From an uncultured Actinomycetes bacterium (GTDB lineage Bacteria > Actinomycetota > Acidimicrobiia > IMCC26256 > PALSA-610), in NCBI GenBank assembly GCA_963761055.1, contig CAVXFO010000008.1, forward strand, positions 68,754-132,753: a DNA stretch of 64,000 nucleotides. The letters run 5' to 3'. Under the pieces are notes generated by a model. That model was not told where the DNA came from, did no database searches, and saw only the letters and a list, made by a program, of their open reading frames with translations. This document shows positions 1-10,493 of the stretch, piece after piece. The position numbers were made by a program, and so were the translations under genes. Numbering within the stretch: the first letter of the stretch is position 1; every line of letters starts with the position of its first letter.

Positions 1-665
1 AGAATCGAGAAGATCATCTGGCGGATCTGCGAGCCGTTGAAGATCGGGAGCTCGTTGACCGGGCGCAGTTCACCGTGCACGCGGATGACGGGCGGCGAGC
101 CCGATGCGAGGTGCAGGTCGGAGCCGCCCCACTGGATGACGAGGTCGAGCAGGTCGTTGATGTGGAGCTCGTCCTCGACCTCGTCGCCGACGACGACGTT
201 CGCGTTGAACTCGGTGGGGTCGCCCTCGGCGGCGCCGTAGATCATCGCGATCGCGCGCATCAGTTCCGAGCGGTCCGCGACGGCCGGGATGACCTCGAAG
301 CTGGTCGCGTGTCCGACGGCGGTCAGCGCGGCATCACTCGGCGGCTCCGCGAACGCGACGACGAGCTTTTGGCCTTCGAAGTCGACCGGCACCGCGACGT
401 ACTGCCGGGCGAGCTCCGGTGCGAGTGTCTCCGGCGCGTCTTGGTGGATCGGCGTCTCGAGGAAGTCGATGAACCGCACGCCCATCTGGTCGGCGAGCGC
501 GGCCGTGAGGTCCTTGCTGCCGACGAGGCCGAGGCGCAACAGCACCGACGGCAGCGCCTGCTTGGTTCGTTCGGACTCTTCGATCGCCTGCTCGAGGTCG
601 TCACGCGACAACACGTGGCGGTCGACGAGCGTCTCGCCGAATCGGCGCGCCTGGTTGGCAAGCAT
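1..665 (-). CDS. pilT: PilT-family type IV pilus ATPase, N-terminal part only (gene runs off the left edge), with an extra N-terminal T2SSE_N-like domain
   Basis: This open-ended minus-strand frame is absent from the supplied track. My translation from the ATG at 665 reads MLANQARRFGETLVDRHVLSRDDLEQAIEESERTKQALPSVLLRLGLVGSKDLTAALADQMGVRFIDF...VVAFAEPPSD... That is the same domain type as the PilB N-terminus. It is followed by HINDLLDLVIQWGGSDLHLASGSPPVIRVHGELRPV, the typical PilT N-terminal motif. Confidence 0.75.
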   Translation of the reverse strand, partial: MLANQARRFGETLVDRHVLSRDDLEQAIEESERTKQALPSVLLRLGLVGSKDLTAALADQMGVRFIDFLETPIHQDAPETLAPELARQYVAVPVDFEGQKLVVAFAEPPSDAALTAVGHATSFEVIPAVADRSELMRAIAMIYGAAEGDPTEFNANVVVGDEVEDELHINDLLDLVIQWGGSDLHLASGSPPVIRVHGELRPVNELPIFNGSQIRQMIFSI

Positions 666-777
666 GGATCCAGTCCCCCTCAGAGGCTCACGGGCTGACC
701 ACATATCGGCGCAACACGGGCCCCGCTGTAGATCAGGCGCGTACTTCGGCGCGTTTCACGCGATCATTCCGGCGCCG

Positions 778-2460
778 CTACGCGACGACGCGGAAGATCT
801 CTTCGAGCGACGTCTGGCCCTTGGCGGCCTTGCGGAGCCCGTCGGTCCGCATCGACACCATGCCCTGCATCAAAGCGACCTTTTGGATGTCTTCGGACGA
901 ACGGTGCTCGATCACACACCGCTCGATCTCCTCCGACATGGCCATGACCTCGTGGATACCGAACCGCCCCCGGTAGCCCGTGCGCCCGCACGATCCGCAC
1001 CCGATCGCGCGGTGCAGCGTGGGCCACTCCCCGTCGGTCAGCTCTTCGGCCGGCCAGCCCGCCGCCGTCAGCTCGGCCTCGGTCGGCTGGTACGGCTCCT
1101 TGCACTTGTCACAGAGCTTGCGGGCGAGGCGCTGGGCGACCACACAGTCGAGCGCGCTCGTCACGAGGAAGGGTTCGACGCCCATCTCTACGAGGCGCAT
1201 CGGCGTCGACGCGGCATCGTTCGTGTGCAGCGTCGAGAGCACGAGGTGCCCGGTGAGAGCAGCCTCGATCGCGATGACCGCGGTCTCTTTGTCACGGATC
1301 TCACCGACGAGGACGATGTCGGGGTCGGCGCGCAGGATCGACCGCAGCGCGCCGGCGAAGGTCAGACCCGCCTTGGAGTGGATCTGCACCTGGTTGATCC
1401 CGGGCAGGCGGTACTCGACCGGGTCCTCGACCGTGATGATGTTGCGGTCGGCCGTGTTGAGCTGATTGAGCGTCGCGTAGAGGGTCGTCGACTTTCCCGA
1501 ACCGGTCGGGCCGGTCACGAGGATCGTCCCGTACGGCTTCGTGTAACAGGACTCGAACCGGGCGTGTGACTCCTGCGCGAACCCCAGGTCTTCGAGCTTG
1601 AGGATCGCCTGGGTCTTGTCCAGGATGCGCATCACGACCTTTTCGCCGTAGACCGTCGGCAGGGTCGCGACGCGCAGGTCGATGCTGCGTCCCGCGACCT
1701 TCATCGTGATGCGGCCGTCCTGCGGTATCCGGCGCTCGGCGATGTTGATGTCGGCCATGACCTTGAGACGCGAGATCACGCCGGCTTGGATGCTGCGAGG
1801 TGAGCGCATGACCTCGTGGAGCACACCGTCGATGCGGAACCGGATGCGCAGGTCGCTCTCGTTCGGCTCGACGTGGATGTCGGAGGCGCGGTCGCCGACG
1901 GCCTGATTCACGAGCAGGTTGACGAACTTGACGATCGGCGCGTCCTCCACGATCTCCGACAGACCGGCGAGGTCGGTGTCCTCGTCGGCCTCGTCGGTCG
2001 CGGCCTGCATGACTTCGTCGACCTCGCCGTCGACCCGGAAGAATCGCTCGATGGTCTCGATGATCTGGCTGGCGGTCGAGACGACGGTGCGGACCTCGGC
2101 GCCGGCGAGGGCGCGGATGTCGTCGACCGCGAAGACGTTCGACGGGTCGGCCATCGCGACGACGAGCTTTCCGTCTTCCCAGCAGACCGGGATCGCCTGG
2201 TAACGACGCGCCAGCGATTCGGACACGATCGCGGCGACGGAACCGTCGATGGTGCGGTCGTTCAGGTCGACGAATTCGAGACCGACCTGGCGGGCCAGTG
2301 TGCGCACCAACTCGGCCTCGGAGATGGTGCCCTGTTCGATGAGCAGGCGTCCGAGCGGTTTGCCGGTACGGCTCTGTTCCGCGACGGCTGCGTCCAGTTG
2401 GGCTTCGGTCAGCAGCCCTTCATCGATCAGCAGCGATCCGAGTGGTGTTCCGTCGGACAA
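778..2460 (-). CDS. pilB: Type IV pilus assembly ATPase PilB (GspE/T2SS-E family)
   Basis: The 560-aa ORF has an N-terminal T2SSE_N domain (LIDEGLLTEAQLDAAVAEQSRTGKPLGRLLIEQG...VVAMADPSN). It also has Walker A GPTGSGKSTT, and the C-terminal tetracysteine region (CDKCKE...CGSCGRTGYRGR) is present. Confidence 0.9.
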   Translation of the reverse strand: MSDGTPLGSLLIDEGLLTEAQLDAAVAEQSRTGKPLGRLLIEQGTISEAELVRTLARQVGLEFVDLNDRTIDGSVAAIVSESLARRYQAIPVCWEDGKLVVAMADPSNVFAVDDIRALAGAEVRTVVSTASQIIETIERFFRVDGEVDEVMQAATDEADEDTDLAGLSEIVEDAPIVKFVNLLVNQAVGDRASDIHVEPNESDLRIRFRIDGVLHEVMRSPRSIQAGVISRLKVMADINIAERRIPQDGRITMKVAGRSIDLRVATLPTVYGEKVVMRILDKTQAILKLEDLGFAQESHARFESCYTKPYGTILVTGPTGSGKSTTLYATLNQLNTADRNIITVEDPVEYRLPGINQVQIHSKAGLTFAGALRSILRADPDIVLVGEIRDKETAVIAIEAALTGHLVLSTLHTNDAASTPMRLVEMGVEPFLVTSALDCVVAQRLARKLCDKCKEPYQPTEAELTAAGWPAEELTDGEWPTLHRAIGCGSCGRTGYRGRFGIHEVMAMSEEIERCVIEHRSSEDIQKVALMQGMVSMRTDGLRKAAKGQTSLEEIFRVVA

Positions 2461-2521
2461 CTCTTTGCCTCCCTACGCGCGTGAACTGGAGCAGTATCGT
2501 CACTCTCCGTGGTCGGCTGAA

Positions 2522-3508
2522 TCAGGATCTCGCGCCGCGCGCGTCCACCCGAGGCGGACCGAGGCCCGCGCGAAACCCCGTCGCAGCGATTCGTTCGACG
2601 AATCGCTGCGACGGGGTTCGCGGTGCGTACGTGCGCGGGGTTCGAGAGCAGGCCGGCTGGGCCCGGTCAGCCCTCACGCAGGCCGGAAAACGCGCTGAGA
2701 TAGCGACCCTTTTCGGCGGGATCGACCTCGCGCTCGACCTCGTCGGAGGTTGCGCTCGCGTACGCGGGTGCGGTCCGGGATGGGGCGATTCGACCCCCGG
2801 GCCGTACGGCGCCTCGGGCTCGACCGCCGCGTCGAGGACCCGCTTGCGACCATTCGTGCGGGCACTCGACGGCGCGGCCGGCGGCGGCCCCACGTTGACC
2901 GCGCCGGCATCGACCATCTCGAGGATCGCGTGGCAGACCTCGAGCACCGGCCGGTTCGTCTTGCGGACGAGATCGCGCACGCTACGGCGTCCGTCGAGCG
3001 ACACGATCAGCTGCCAGCGGTCGCGGTCGACCGTCAGCTCCTCGACGCCGAGCTCGTCGGCGAGCCGGATCCGGCAGTCGAGCGACGGGATCACCGCCTG
3101 GATCTCGCGCCACTCCGCGACCAACCGGCCGAGCTCGTCGATCGCACCTTCGAGATCGACGGTGTCGGGGCACGCCCACGCCGGCTCTTCCGGCCCGAAG
3201 CGGAACGAGCCGTCGTCGGCCCGTTCGACCGCAAAGCAGACGTCGATGACCCGCGCGAGCAGCGCGGCGCCATCGGTCAGCGGATCGCCGGCGTCACTCG
3301 ACTCCGCGGCGCAGCAGCGGCCTTCGACGATGTAGATGACCGCCGACGAGCCGGCGGCATCGAGCCAGAGCGCGCCGGTCTTGCGCGACTGTGCGAGCAG
3401 ACCGAGCAACTCCGCCAGAGCGAGTGTTTCGAGCGTTCCTTGCAGCACGGCATCCCCCGGTCGGAAACGGCCCCTTCGTTCGATCGGCCGTCTTCGTCCA
3501 TCGACCAC
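2522..3508 (-). CDS. DUF4388 (PATAN-like) domain protein
   Basis: The N-terminus LQGTLETLALAELLGLLAQSRKTGALWLDAAGSSAVIYIVEGRCCAA matches the DUF4388 signature as I remember it. The C-terminal third is low-complexity Pro/Arg-rich. The gene sits directly upstream of pilB on the same strand. Confidence 0.65.
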   Translation of the reverse strand: MVDGRRRPIERRGRFRPGDAVLQGTLETLALAELLGLLAQSRKTGALWLDAAGSSAVIYIVEGRCCAAESSDAGDPLTDGAALLARVIDVCFAVERADDGSFRFGPEEPAWACPDTVDLEGAIDELGRLVAEWREIQAVIPSLDCRIRLADELGVEELTVDRDRWQLIVSLDGRRSVRDLVRKTNRPVLEVCHAILEMVDAGAVNVGPPPAAPSSARTNGRKRVLDAAVEPEAPYGPGVESPHPGPHPRTRAQPPTRSSARSIPPKRVAISARFPACVRADRAQPACSRTPRTYAPRTPSQRFVERIAATGFRAGLGPPRVDARGARS

Positions 3509-3550
3509 GAGGGCCTCGAAGCTTGAGCGCGCCGCCCTTCGGGAGGCTGC

Positions 3551-4426
3551 TCAGGATGGGTCCGAGGGTCGGACCGATTCGAGCGCGTGCAGCGCGGCCG
3601 TCCGCATCGTCGCGACGGGCCCGTCCCGGCCGGTCCAGCGCTCGACCTGGAGTGCCGCCTGGTGCACGAGCATCCCGAGCCCGTCGACCACGTCGGCGCC
3701 CCGTTCGCGGGCGCCCCGCAGCAGCGGCGTCTCCAGCGGGTGGTAGACGAGGTCGGCCACGATCTGGCCGGGATGCACCGATTCGAGCGATACCGGGCAT
3801 TCGCCGGCACCGGGACGCCCGGCCATGCCCACCGGCGTGGCATTGACGACGAGCGCTGCCCGCCGGGCCGCCGCGGCCCGGTCGGCCCACGGCACCGTGA
3901 CCCCGCCGCCGAGCCCGGCCGCCGACTCGGCCGCGTCCGGCCGCCGGGCCGACACGACCACCTCGACGTCCGCTGCGCCCAGCGCCCGGACGACGGCGCG
4001 GGCCGCGCCGCCACCGCCGAGTACCAGCGCGGACGGTGGCAACGGGTCGTGGCCATGCTCTCGGAGAGACCGCAGGAAACCCTCGCCGTCGGTGGAGTCG
4101 CCGACGAGGCGCCCGTCGCCGTCGATCGAGATCGTGTTGACGCCGCCGAGCACGGCCGCGTCGGCGGAGAGTACGTCGCAACACGCGGCGGCCGCGATCT
4201 TGTGGGGCATCGTGACCGACAGGCCGACGAGCCCGAGCGCGCGCATCGCATCGAGCGCGGCGCGGGTCTGACGGCCCGGAACCTCGAAGGCCAAGAAGAC
4301 CCAGTCGAGCCCGAGCGCGAGGTACGCGGCGTTGTGCATGACCGGCGACAGCGAATGGCGGACGGGATCACCGATGACGCCGGCCAGACGCGTCGTTCCC
4401 GTGATGCCGGTTCGCGGAGCGGTCAA
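3551..4426 (-). CDS. aroE: Shikimate dehydrogenase
   Basis: 291-aa ORF with motifs GVIGDPVRHSLSPVMHNAAY, SVTMPHK, GAVNT-like GGVNTI, and the Rossmann LVLGGGGAARA. Confidence 0.9.
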   Translation of the reverse strand: MTAPRTGITGTTRLAGVIGDPVRHSLSPVMHNAAYLALGLDWVFLAFEVPGRQTRAALDAMRALGLVGLSVTMPHKIAAAACCDVLSADAAVLGGVNTISIDGDGRLVGDSTDGEGFLRSLREHGHDPLPPSALVLGGGGAARAVVRALGAADVEVVVSARRPDAAESAAGLGGGVTVPWADRAAAARRAALVVNATPVGMAGRPGAGECPVSLESVHPGQIVADLVYHPLETPLLRGARERGADVVDGLGMLVHQAALQVERWTGRDGPVATMRTAALHALESVRPSDPS

Positions 4427-5449
4427 AACGCGCCGTTCGACTTTGCGACCGCGATGTTCGCGTTCTGTTGCTGCAACGTGGTCGCGAACGCGGTGTGGCC
4501 CGCTTTGTCGATCGCCACGTAGTACAGGTACTGCGTCTTGGCCGGCGCCAGCGCCGCCTTCAACGACGCCGCACTGACGGCCGCGATCGGCGTGGGAGGA
4601 AGGCCGGTGTGCGCGTACGTGTTGTACGCCGAGGGGATGAGCTTGTCCTTGTCGGACAGCGTCCGGTTCTTGGGGTCACCCCGGGCGTAGATCAGGGTCG
4701 CGTCGATGTCGAGGGGCATGTTGCGCGCCAGGCGGTTGTAGATCACCGATGCGATCAGCGGACGATCCGCGTCGAACTTCGCCTCGGACTCGATCAACGA
4801 CGCGATCTTGACCACGTCGTACGAGCCGTGACCCTGCACGTTCGCGTTGGCGAGACCGAGTTCGAGCGCCTTCTTGTCGAACTCGGTGGCCAGTGTCGAC
4901 AGGACCTGGATCTCGTCCTCGTCGGCCGAGATGTTGTACGTGTCGGGCCACAGCAGCCCTTCGAGGTTGTTCGTCCCCTGGGGCTCGAACGCGGAACGGA
5001 CCGCGTTGTTCCTCGTCGCCTCCACGAAGGGATCGACGGTCAGGCCCGGGAGCTTGCCCACGCCGCGCCGAGATCTGCTCGAGCCAGAACCCGGGGGGAA
5101 TCGTCAACTTGACGTACGCGATGCGCGGACCCTTCTTCAACGACTTCACCGCCGAGCTGACACCCATGTTCTTGCGCAGCTCGTACGTGCCCGCCTTGAA
5201 GTTGGTGTCACCGTTCAGCCGCGAATAGACGTTGAACACCCACGACGGACCGATCACGCCCTCGTGCGACAGCTCGGTCCCGATGCACGGCACTCCGCAA
5301 CCGCGGGCGATCTGCACCTCGACCGTCGAGCCTGCGCCTCCGGGCGGGCTGAGCTGCCACCAGAACCACCCGGCGCCGATGAGGAACACGACGAGCGGCA
5401 CGACGACGAGGAACACCAGGACGAGCGCGGTACGCCGGCCCCGGCTCAT
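4423..5449 (-). CDS. mltG: Endolytic murein transglycosylase MltG (YceG-like); apparent frameshift near 5062
   Basis: The N-terminal TM segment and LTIPPGFWLEQISAR lie in the frame starting at the ATG at 5449. The C-terminal part (GKLPGLTVDPF...LWPDTYN...YNTYAHTGLPPTPIAAVS) lies in the frame of ORF 4423..5061. The junction is in GCGCGGCGTGGGC. The span is 3n+1. ATGA overlap with the ruvX stop. Confidence 0.85.
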
Positions 5450-5883
5450 GACGCCGGCCCTTCCAGCCACGCCTGGAGCATCACCGCCGCCGCGACCTTG
5501 TCGACGACGTTGCGCCGGGCGCCGCGACGCATGCGCGCCTCGCCGAGGGCGCGTTCGGCGGTCACCGTCGTGAGCCGTTCGTCCTGCACGACGACGTCGA
5601 TCGGGCCGGCGACGGAGCGCAGGGCTTCGACCTCGGCGAGGGCGGCCTTGGCCGCCGGTCCGGTCCGGCCCGACAGCGAGAGGGGCAGGCCGACGACGAT
5701 CACGTTGGCGCCGAGCTCGAACGCGGCATCGACAATGGCACGTCGGTCGACCGCAGGATCGCCGCTGCGCCGGAGGACCTCGTGCGGCGAGGCAACCGTC
5801 CGGGACGGGTCGGACAGCGCCAGGCCGATGCGCCGCTCGCCCAGGTCGACGCCGAGCGCGCGGGTGCCGGTCGTCTCGGTCAC
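5446..5883 (-). CDS. ruvX: Holliday-junction resolvase-like pre-16S rRNA nuclease RuvX/YqgF
   Basis: This is the tail of the 1019-aa ORF: VTETTGTRALGVDLGERRIGLALSD...VVVGLPLSLSGRTGPAA...DERLTT. The GTG start at 5883 overlaps the reconstructed alaS stop (GTGA). Confidence 0.85.
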   Translation of the reverse strand: MTETTGTRALGVDLGERRIGLALSDPSRTVASPHEVLRRSGDPAVDRRAIVDAAFELGANVIVVGLPLSLSGRTGPAAKAALAEVEALRSVAGPIDVVVQDERLTTVTAERALGEARMRRGARRNVVDKVAAAVMLQAWLEGPAS

Positions 5884-8505
5884 GACCCCCACTGCGCCGC
5901 CAGCTCGCGTGCGACCGCGAGCGCACCGTCGATGCCGGCAACGTTCTGTCCGCCGCCGACCACCGCGTCGGCGCCCTTGCCGACGCCGCCACCGAGCTCT
6001 CTGACCGTGGGCCGGGCGATCGCGTCCGCGGTCGCTGCCGTGGGCGACGACGTCTTTGCTGATCGCCACCGCGATCGTGGCCTTGCCGTCGGCCGCGCCC
6101 GAGAGCACCACCACGCCGCTGCCGAGGGCGCGCACCGTCTCCTGCGCGAGCTGTTTGAGCTCGGCGGTGGCAACGGAGTCGACCCGGGCGACGACGATGC
6201 CGCGCTCCGCCCCCGCCGCGAGCTCGACCGCTCGACTTGCCGCCGCCTTGGACTTCAGGCCCCGTAGCTCGTCCTCGAGCGCGCGCACCTGCTCCGACAG
6301 TCGTTCGATCCGGTCGGGCACCTCTTTGGGAGTGGCCCGCAAGAGGTCTCCGGCCCGGCGCAGCAGCTGCTCTTCGAACTCGATGTACTCGAAGGCGCCG
6401 TCGCCGGTCATCGCTTCGATCCGACGGAGGTTCGACCCGATGGAACTCTCGCTCACGACCTTGATCGGACCGATGAACCCCAGTGCGTGCACATGCGTCC
6501 CGCCGCACAGCTCGGTCGAAGGACCGGCTTCGAGCACGCGGACGATGTCGCCGTACTTCTCACCGAAGAACGCGATCGCGCCGATGCTCTCCGCCTCGGC
6601 CTTGGTGGTCTCGTAGTGACGAACCGGCACGTCCGAGATGACCTGCGCGTTCGCGAGCCGCTCGACCTGTGCGAGCTGATCTGCGGTCACGGGCTCGTGA
6701 TGGGAGAAGTCGAAGCGCAGCCGGTCGGGGCCGACGAACGAGCCGGCCTGCTGCACGTGGGTACCGAGCACCTCCCGCAGCGCCCAGTGCAAGACATGCG
6801 TGGCGGTGTGATTGCGGCGGATGCGGTCGCGCCGAACGCCGTCGATCTCGGGCCGGGCCTCGTCGCCCTCGACGACCGAGCCGACGCGCACGCGGCCCCG
6901 ATGCAACGTGACCTGGCCGGGGAGGCCGTACTGCGTGTCGACGATGTCGACGATCGCACCGGGTGCGGTGGTGACCGTTCCCGTGTCGCCCACCTGGCCA
7001 CCCGACTCCGCGTAGAACGGCGTGCGGTCGAGGACGACGTCGATCTCGAATCCCTCGTCGGCCTGGCCGACGCGCTCCCCGTTGACGAGCAACGCGAGCA
7101 CCTTGGCGTTCGATCCGTATTCCTGGCGGCCGGTGAACTCGGTCGGGCCGTGGGCGTCCACGATCTCGCGGAACACCTCGATCGGGGCTCCCGGCGCGGC
7201 GCCTGCTTCGGCCGCGTCGGCCCGGGCCCGGACGCGCTGCTCCTGCATCCGTTCCTCGAACCCGGCGAGGTCGACCTCGCGGCCGCGCTCGCCCGCGATC
7301 TCTCGCGTCAGGTCGATCGGGAACCCGAGCGTGTCGTGCAAGAAGAACGCGTCGTCGCCGGAGACGTCTTTGTCGTCGATGATCTCCGAGAGCATGTCGA
7401 CGCCGCGTTGCAGCGTGGCCCGGAACGCCTGTTCCTCACGCTCGACGATCGTACGGACGACATCGTGGGACGCCGCGATCTCGGGGTACGAGTTGCGCAT
7501 GGTGTCGATGACAGCGTCGATCACCTCGGGCAATACGACCCCACGCGCGCCCAGCAGGTACGCGTGCCGCACCGCGCGCCGGATGATGCGCCGCAGCACG
7601 TAGCCCCGCTCCTGGTTCGACGGCCGTACTCCGTCGTTCACCATGAACGTCATCGAGCGCGCGTGCTCCGCGATGATTCGCAACGAAACATCGACAGCTT
7701 CACTCGTGCCGTAGCGCGCGCCGGTCACGCGCTCGGCCGCGGCGCGCAGGGGCACGAACACGTCGATGTCCCAGATGGAGGTCTTCTCCTGCACGACCAT
7801 CAGGTTGCGTTCGAGCCCGGCACCGGTGTCGATGCTCGGTCTCGGTAGCGACACCCGGGTGCCGTCGGCCTGCTGGTCGTACTGCATGAACACGAGATTC
7901 CAGATCTCGATGTAGCGGTCGGCCTCCGTGATCGGCCCGCCGTCGGGGCCGAACTCGGGCCCGAGGTCCCAAAAGATCTCGGACGACGGACCGCACGGTC
8001 CGGTGTCGCCCATGCGCCAGAAGTTGTCCTCGCCGAGGCGCTGGATCCGTTCGGCGGGGAATCCGACCCGTTCCCGCCAGATTGCCTCCGCCTCGTCGTC
8101 GTCCTCGTGGACCGTCACCCAGAGGCGCGCCGGATCGAGCTGCAGCACACCCGTGTAGAACTCGTAGGCCCACGGGATCGCATCGGCTTTGAAATAGTCG
8201 CCGAAGCTGAAGTTGCCGAGCATCTCGAAGAACGAGAAGTGGCGGTTCGTGCGGCCGATGTCGTCGAGGTCGTTGTGCTTGCCGCCCGCGCGGATGCATT
8301 TCTGCACCGAGACCGCCCGCTTGTACGGGGCTGTCTCCTCGCCGGTGAAGAACGACTTGAACGGGACCATCCCGGCCACCGTGAAGAGCAACGACTTGTC
8401 GACCGGGATCACGCTGGCAGACGGGACGTGCACGTGGGCGCGTTCGGCGAAGAACTCCACGAAGGCGCGTCGCAACTCGTCGGCGGTGGTCGGGCGGTCG
8501 GTCAT
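5880..8505 (-). CDS. alaS: Alanine--tRNA ligase; apparent frameshift near 6035
   Basis: The N-terminus carries MTDRP...FTVAGMVPFK...KCIRAGGKHNDLDDIGRTNRHFSFFEMLGNFSFGDYF. After ...AISKDVVAHG the frame degrades to Arg-rich junk. The conserved C-terminus (ADAIARPTVRELGGGVGKGADAVVGGGQNVAGIDGAL...) is in the frame of ORF 5880..6173. The span is 3n+1. Confidence 0.9.
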
Positions 8506-8517
8506 CGCCGGCCCAGG

Positions 8518-8742
8518 TTACTTGCCGGCACTACGGACGGAGCCGCCTTTGAACGACGCTTCCCGGGCGCGCATGGCGTCGCGACCCTCGTTCACGGCGG
8601 CCCGCACGTTGTCGCCGAACCGTTCGACGACATCGGCCGGCGCGAGCCGAACCGCGACCCGCCGGACCCTCCGCGCCACCGTCCACGACGAGCCCAGCCC
8701 GAGCAGGAACCCGATGATCAACCACACGAGTCGCTTGATCAC
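8518..8742 (-). CDS. Small membrane protein (hypothetical)
   Basis: The GTG at 8742 gives VIKRLVWLIIGFLLGLGSSW... (one TM segment) in the frame of ORF 8518..8838. The start choice is an inference: it lies 1 nt after the reconstructed DUF948 stop. Confidence 0.4.
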   Translation of the reverse strand: MIKRLVWLIIGFLLGLGSSWTVARRVRRVAVRLAPADVVERFGDNVRAAVNEGRDAMRAREASFKGGSVRSAGK

Positions 8743-8743
8743 G

Positions 8744-9131
8744 TCACGAAGCCGATCTACGGCGCCGAGTCGAGCGGGCCGGCGGCGAGGGCCGGGCCGA
8801 CTCGCCGTCGCGCAGGCGCTGCGCGGCGCGCGACACACCGGTGCCGAATGCCATCGCCTTGACCACTGGAGTCGCGATTCGCGCGCTTGGCATCGTCGAG
8901 CCGTTCGGCCGACGTCACGAGCCGTTCGACCCGGTCGACCTCGGTCGCGGCTTCGTGGACCGACACGCTCGCCTCGGTGAGCAGCGCCAGCGCGTCGCGC
9001 TCGAGCGTCGAGAGCGAGGCGCGCAGCTGGCGCAACGTGCGCGTCAACAAAACGAGCACGGCTGCGAGCAGGACCACGAGGATCGTCACCACCGTGGCTG
9101 CGACCACGGCGAGAACGTCACTGGTCGACAT
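8744..9131 (-). CDS. DUF948-like membrane protein; apparent frameshift near 8885
   Basis: The N-terminal TM plus coiled coil (MSTSDVLAVVAATVVTILVVLLAAVLVLLTRTLRQLRASL...) is in the ORF 8757..9137 frame. After ...ERLDDAK the alternative frame gives ARIATPVVKAMAFGTGVSRAAQRLR. That resembles the family's conserved C-terminus (GGPLVKxAAFGYGVRRA, from memory) and stops at TGA 8744-8746. The span is 3n+1. Confidence 0.55.
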
Positions 9132-9133
9132 CG

Positions 9134-10493
9134 TCAACCGTCGACATGTTCACCCGGCATGTTGGTCGCGTCCTCTCCGCGTCGCTTCCGCCATTGCTCG
9201 ACGAGATCGAGCTCGGCGCCGTGCCCGCGGGCCCGGTAGAACTGCTCGCCGGCCACCTCGACGGGCAGGTGCTCCTGCGGGACCCAGCCGGCCGGCTCGT
9301 CGTGAGGATATCTGTAGCCCTTGCCGTGGCCGAGTACCTGGGCGCCGCGGTAGTGGGCGTCCCGCAGGTGCAAGGGCACTGGGCCGGGCCGGCGCTCGCG
9401 GACGGCCGCGGTCGCGGCGCCCAGCGCCTCGATCACGCTGTTGCTCTTCGGCGCCAGCGCGAGGTGGATGACGGCGTGGGCGAGGTTGATCGCCACCTCC
9501 GGGAGTCCCACGTACTCGACCGCGTGGGCCGCGGCATCGGCGGTGAGCAGCGCCTGCGGATCGGCGAGTCCGACGTCCTCGCTCGCGAGGATGACGAGCC
9601 GGCGCGCGATGAACCGCGCGTCCTCTCCCGCCTCCAGCATGCGCGCGAGCCAGTACAGGCCCGCGTCGGGGTCGGAACCGCGGATCGACTTGATGAACGC
9701 GGAAATGATGTCGTAGTGCTCGTCGTCGCCGTAGCGGACACTGCGGAGCGCGAGCGCGGCTTCGGCATCGGCGAGCGCGATCGTCACACGTCCGTCCTGC
9801 ACGGTGAGCGTGTGCGCGACTTCGAGGACCGTGAGGAGGTGACGGGCATCGCCTTCGCTCTTGTCGACGAGATGCTGGAGGGCGTCGTCGTCGATCTCGG
9901 TCGGCTCGTTCCCGAGGCCGCGGTCGGCATCGTCGAGCGCGCTGGCGCGCGAGCTCTTCGAGCGAGCGGTCGTCGAGGGGCTCGAGCCGGAACAACGTGC
10001 TGCGGGAGAGCAGTGGACCGGTGAGCGAGAAGAACGGGTTCTCGGTGGTCGCGCCGACCAGCACGAGGAGACCCTCTTCGACGAACGGGAGGAGCACGTC
10101 TTGTTGGGCGCGTGAGAATCGGTGCACCTCGTCGAGGAAGAGGATGGTGCCCTGGCCGCGTTCACCGAGCCGGCCCCGGGCCCGTTCCGCGACCTCCCGC
10201 ACGTCCTTGACGCCCGCGCTCACGGCGCTCAGCGTCTCGAACGCCTTCTCGCTGACACCGGCGACGAGACGGGCAATCGTCGTCTTGCCGGTACCGGGCG
10301 GCCCCCAGATGATGACCGACGAGAGCCGATCCGACTCGATGAGGACCCGGAGCGGCTTGCCCTTGCCGAGGAGGTGCTGTTGACCGACGACCTCGTCGAG
10401 CGTGCGCGGCCGCAACCGGGCCGCGAGCGGCGCCTTGCGCGCCAAGCGTTCCTCTACCGCCGTTGCGAACAGATCAGGCCCCCGCGACGTCAC
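9134..10493 (-). CDS. rarA: Replication-associated recombination protein A (RarA/MgsA AAA+ ATPase); apparent frameshift near 9945
   Basis: N-terminal frame (ORF 9150..10493): [16 protein letters not shown], Walker [10 protein letters not shown], Walker [19 protein letters not shown]-terminal frame (ORF 9134..10165): [54 protein letters not shown]...YRYPHD. The junction is in GCGCGCCAGCGCGC. The span is 3n+1. Confidence 0.9.

Noticed and set aside
289-1569. Long ORFs antisense to clearly conserved genes. Examples: 289..1569, 18714..20522, 43060..44778, 54360..56072, 25374..26957, 50395..52611, 4676..6508.
   Set aside because: Their translations are dominated by Arg/Gly/Ala/Pro runs and lack recognisable motifs. 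They overlap strongly supported genes on the other strand or in another frame. They are a high-GC stop-codon-depletion artefact.
5446-8505. A 1019-aa ORF that looks like an AlaRS-RuvX fusion protein.
   Set aside because: The link between the two parts is Arg-rich frame-shifted junk. The genuine AlaRS C-terminus is in another frame and ends at 5880, with a GTGA overlap onto a normal ruvX start. The fusion is an artefact of the frameshift near 6035.
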